A stretch of 63,989 nucleotides of DNA, counting the filler, from Lenisia limosa (lineage: Eukaryota; Protista; Breviatea), in assembly GCA_001655205.1 (NCBI GenBank). It is 13 parts of 13 records of this genome, joined end to end, with 100 filler letters (N's around TTAATTAATTAA, not from the genome) between each part and the next. Parts side by side here need not be neighbours in the genome. Positions count along the whole stretch, not along the records: positions 60,705 to 62,872 come from LPNZ01000079.1; positions 62,973 to 63,989 come from LPNZ01008122.1; 11 more parts are not named here. The stretch is one strand, 5' to 3'. Within the stretch, counting starts at the first letter, position 1. Every line of letters starts with the position of its first letter. Of this stretch, positions 60,819 through 63,989 are shown piece after piece. The position numbers and the translations under genes were made by a program. The notes beneath the pieces were generated by a model. It was not told the DNA's origin. It saw only the letters and a list, made by a program, of their open reading frames with translations, and searched no databases.

Positions 60819-62430
60819 TCTCATTTCTATATAGGGATAAGGCCACCATTCTCGAAGCACCAAAATCCCCCATCAGGCCCACATCACCTCTTATGGTTAG
60901 TAGAGCTTTTCTGCGGTCCGAAAAAGACCGTTTAAATGTCGATATTTATCGAGGATTTATCGAGATAACCGGTCTTTTTTGGGACCGTAGGGAAGCCTTA
61001 ATGGTAAGTGATAACCACACCATCCCCACATAGGCAACTACACCACCTTTATGGGGAATATGTTGAGTCCTATATTTTAAAAATATCATGAAGATAACTT
61101 ATACTCACAGACCCCTCTTACACCGCTCCACGGCATGTCACCAAGCACGCGGTTTATGCCAAAAGTCAGTATCAATTTTGGCGGATTCAGCTTCAGCCAT
61201 TTGCCTGAGGAGGCTTTTGCCTGGTGAGAGAGGAGGTTTTTATGACGAAAATTAGGGCTCACTTCTTCGAATAAACAACGAGGAAATATCGATAGTTTTC
61301 AAGGATTTATAGAGAAATTCAGTTTTTTTTTCCAGCCGAAGTGAAGCCCTAGCTACATATACATAGCTATAATATATACATAGTACATGTATTTCGAGTC
61401 ATCGGTCAGATAAAGCCCTTTATTCCTCATTTCAATATTTTCATATGGTACTTTTTTTCTCACGGCCATTGAACTCACCGCCCAGCTATATATTTTTCTC
61501 ACGAAAGGGACCAGAGTTGTATTGCCATTCACACCCACCCAGTGATGTGCTGCTGTCATTCCGACCCACACGCCCAGAACTTCCGAGGCTTCCTGACATC
61601 GTTCCGCCTGAGTATGCTGGGTGATTACAATGAGGTTGTAACCCCGGTGAGATGTGGTGTTGCAGAAGCGATTGGCTTGGGATTTGTTTGTTTTGCTGTC
61701 AATCGTCGTGTTTTGTCAGCCAATAGAGTTGATTTGGGCTTTGTCTCATCAATTTTCCAATTTTACCCCCCTTGATTTGCGGTGGTGGGACTCTTCATAG
61801 ACTGGTTTGGACTTTGTTTTTTGTTTTCTACATTAAACTTTGTTACTCTTGAACTTCATTTTTTAAAATTATTTTAAACAAGAACTTCTATTCTACCCTC
61901 AATTTGACCATTCAGGAAAGAAATCAATGAGAAAGTACGCGATGCTAACATCGAAGCTCTCTTGTTGGAAACCCAGCCCCTAGGTCTGCACTCAGATTGC
62001 TCCGGCTTCCCAACGGTCCTAAAAAAGACTGGATATCCCGATAAAAGCTCGTTAAATATCGATTTTACCCGTCTTTTTCGGACTGTAGGGAAGCCCTACT
62101 ACTGATTACTGCATAGATTTTGTGTTAGATTCTTCAAAAAAGATCCTTACCACCCTTCAAACTACATTCTTTGTGAACTTACAACACCATTACAATATTT
62201 TACGCTTTATCTATTAGGTTTTGTTTTTAAAAATTAAACAAGCTCCAATCTACTACTTTGTCACTTTTTTTGGAACCGGAGAAATATTATACATTAGAAA
62301 TCTAGGGAAACAAATAAATACATAGGGATACCATACTTCAGCGTCACCATTCAACCAGCTGACCCTTTAGGGCGAACGTCATGGTCAAAGTTCCCCCCGT
62401 CCGTTCACATCAAAATTCAAGCTGCTATAA
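60819..62430 (+). CDS. Hypothetical membrane protein fragment with a TRP-like pore-helix signature
   Basis: Exon ...HSDPHAQNFRGFLTSFRLSMLGDYNE resembles the F..F..SF..L...LGD pore motif of TRP-type channels; other exons unassigned. Confidence 0.35.
60901..61000. mobile_element. MITE-A subfamily 2 copy just after a GTTAG sequence
   Basis: TAGAGCTTTTCTGCGGTCCGAAAAAGACCG...GGGACCGTAGGGAAGCCTTA. Confidence 0.8.
61253..61351. mobile_element. MITE-A copy
   Basis: TAGGGCTCACTTC...CCGAAGTGAAGCCCTA. Confidence 0.82.
61647..61771 (+). repeat. IAE near-full-length copy, mid-intron
   Basis: GTGAGATGTGGTGTTGCAGAAGCGATTGGCTTGGG...GTCAGCCAATAGAGTTGATTTGGGC...TTTTCCAATTTTACCCCCC. Confidence 0.82.
62004..62098. 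mobile_element. MITE-A subfamily 2 copy
   Basis: GGCTTCCCAACGGTCC...GGACTGTAGGGAAGCCCTA. Confidence 0.78.
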
Positions 62431-62564
62431 GTGGGGGAGTTGTGGTATCAAAATAGAGGGGGGGGGGTAGCACTACCTACCTCCTATCCCCTTTTTTAAA
62501 CATTGCCGTCTCTCCTTTCTAACTAGGGCTACCCTTACCATTTATTAATGATATACCCTTGTGT

Positions 62565-62635
62565 GTTGTCAGCCAACAGATTTGACTTTGGGTTTTTTTG
62601 ATTCATAAATTATCCAATTTTACCCCCCCTCCCCT
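62565..62635 (+). repeat. IAE 3' half
   Basis: GTTGTCAGCCAACAGATTTGACTTTGGG...CATAAATTATCCAATTTTACCCCCC. Confidence 0.78.
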
Positions 62636-62999
62636 TACCTACCAGCAATGCAACGCGCAATTCGGCTCTATTTGGGTCGGAAGCTTCGTCGGAAGCTTCG
62701 TACCCGTATGATTGCCGCGGTAATGGTTATTCAGACCCGACTTCGGACAATTATCCCGAAATGGTATGAATATGTATACTATACATATCGATATGATATG
62801 ATATGTAATATATAATAGGTGGGGGGACATGACCGTGTCCAGGGACATGACCGTGTCCACTTTTTTTTATTTNNNNNNNNNNNNNNNNNNNNNNNNNNNN
62901 NNNNNNNNNNNNNNNNTTAATTAATTAANNNNNNNNNNNNNNNNNNNNNNNNNNNNNNNNNNNNNNNNNNNNAACATGTTACATAATTTGCGTAGTATA

Positions 63000-63064
63000 C
63001 AGTGACCGGGATAAGTCTTGACCAATTTTCCTTGGGGAATCACAAGCAAATCGGTCAGTCATTG
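63000..63064. mobile_element. MITE-B copy
   Basis: TA-CAGTGACCGGGATAAGTCTTGACCAATTTTCC...AAATCGGTCAGTCATTG-TA. Confidence 0.82.
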
Positions 63065-63100
63065 TATATACTGTGTTGATTCCGTTTTTACTCCGATGCA

Positions 63101-63776
63101 GGAAATGGAAGAGAGCAGGGATCTTCTTGAACATGAGCTTGCAACCATTGAACGACATGTTGGGGGGGGGGGGAGTAAAACGAATATTTGTTATTTGTTA
63201 TTATATGTGCTATATCATATGATCTGTATTATATTTTTATTTTTGTATGTGGGGGGAGGAGGGAATGATAGGGATATTTATCTTTAGTCAATAGTATCAG
63301 ACTTGTCGCGGTCACTGTAGGTATAATATACTTCATCATATGCATATGTATGTTAACAGAAATTAATCACCAGGCACCACTCCTTTTCCCCCTTCAACTT
63401 TCCTAATTTTGCAGAGTTCGGAACTTTACACTGACAAGCTTGCTGAAGAAATAGAGAAAGTGAGTAACTAGGGCTTCACTTCGGTTCAAAAAAAGTCTGG
63501 ATTTCTCGATAAATCCTCGAAACTATCGATATTTTTCGGAGTTTTTTTGAACCGAAGTGAAGCCCAGTTTTCAATTGTCCCAATTATCAATTTGATCCTT
63601 TTCGGACCAAAGTGAAGCCCTAGTCCCCAATCTTTACTTCTTTTTTGCAATCATCCCCATTATAGTGACCCATTATCCCCATTATCCCTTTATTCCCTAT
63701 TCTTAGGGAATTGAGAACTCGCCAGTGCTCGCAGCGGCAAGAGAGGAGGCATCAAAATCCGTTGCTCAATACCAAG
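63101..63776 (+). CDS. Hypothetical (coiled-coil-like) protein, internal exons
   Basis: EMEESRDLLEHELATIERH|, SSELYTDKLAEEIEK|GTGAGT, GIENSPVLAAAREEASKSVAQYQ|. Confidence 0.45.
63469..63622. mobile_element. MITE-A copy shortly after a GTGAGT donor, with an extra right TIR downstream
   Basis: TAGGGCTTCACTTCGGTTCAAAAAAA...TTTTTTTGAACCGAAGTGAAGCCC (ends 63565); a second AAGTGAAGCCCTA ends at 63622. Confidence 0.85.
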
Positions 63777-63989
63777 TCGTAGGAGGGAGTTAAAAAGAAG
63801 CCATGGCTCTTCCTTTTTATTTTTCACATTGTCACATAATTTACTTCAAATATTGAAAAAAACTATTTTAACGGAGTCACTTATACTCGAAAACAAACCC
63901 ACTCACCCAACAGGCACAAGAGGAAGCCGACCAACTAAGCCAAGATCTTGCAACCGCTGAACAAGACGTTTCCAAGTTGATGATGGCGC

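Overview
Eukaryotic genomic DNA from an intron-rich microbial eukaryote (protist; the species cannot be named from sequence alone). The window is not one locus. It is 13 scaffolds joined by 12 artificial linkers (44 N + TTAATTAATTAA + 44 N, with the 12-mer starting at 2791, 4141, 8501, 12713, 28625, 30276, 37495, 39845, 56358, 57584, 60649, 62917), so adjacency across linkers means nothing and the ORF track is mostly exon fragments or noise. Manual splicing recovers, mostly as partial genes: a cytosolic carboxypeptidase (CCP5/AGBL5-like), a SCAF8/Nrd1-type CID protein, a DOCK DHR-2 domain, adrenodoxin reductase, SERRATE/Ars2, Rab11, Nop9, a spliced pogo-like DDE transposase, a class I PDE, a leishmanolysin with EGF-like and IPT/TIG extensions, a bacterial-type ADP-ribosylglycohydrolase, N-myristoyltransferase, a very large WR-repeat membrane protein and a Rae1/Bub3-like WD40 protein. 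TAA and TAG act as stops. Main highlights: (1) an otherwise intact Rab11 that needs two tiny (25 and 22 nt) GT...TG introns removed, inside an AT-rich block with very short introns; (2) a dispersed ~135-nt intronic element, sense to its host gene wherever the host strand can be called, that usually ends in a branch-like TTTTAC, a poly-C tract and the AG acceptor; (3) G-run donors and C-run acceptors in many introns; (4) a bacterial-looking ARH gene whose introns carry that element; (5) four MITE-like families and repeated tandem duplication of splice sites. Protein calls come from recalled family motifs, not database searches. Exon boundaries are hand-inferred.
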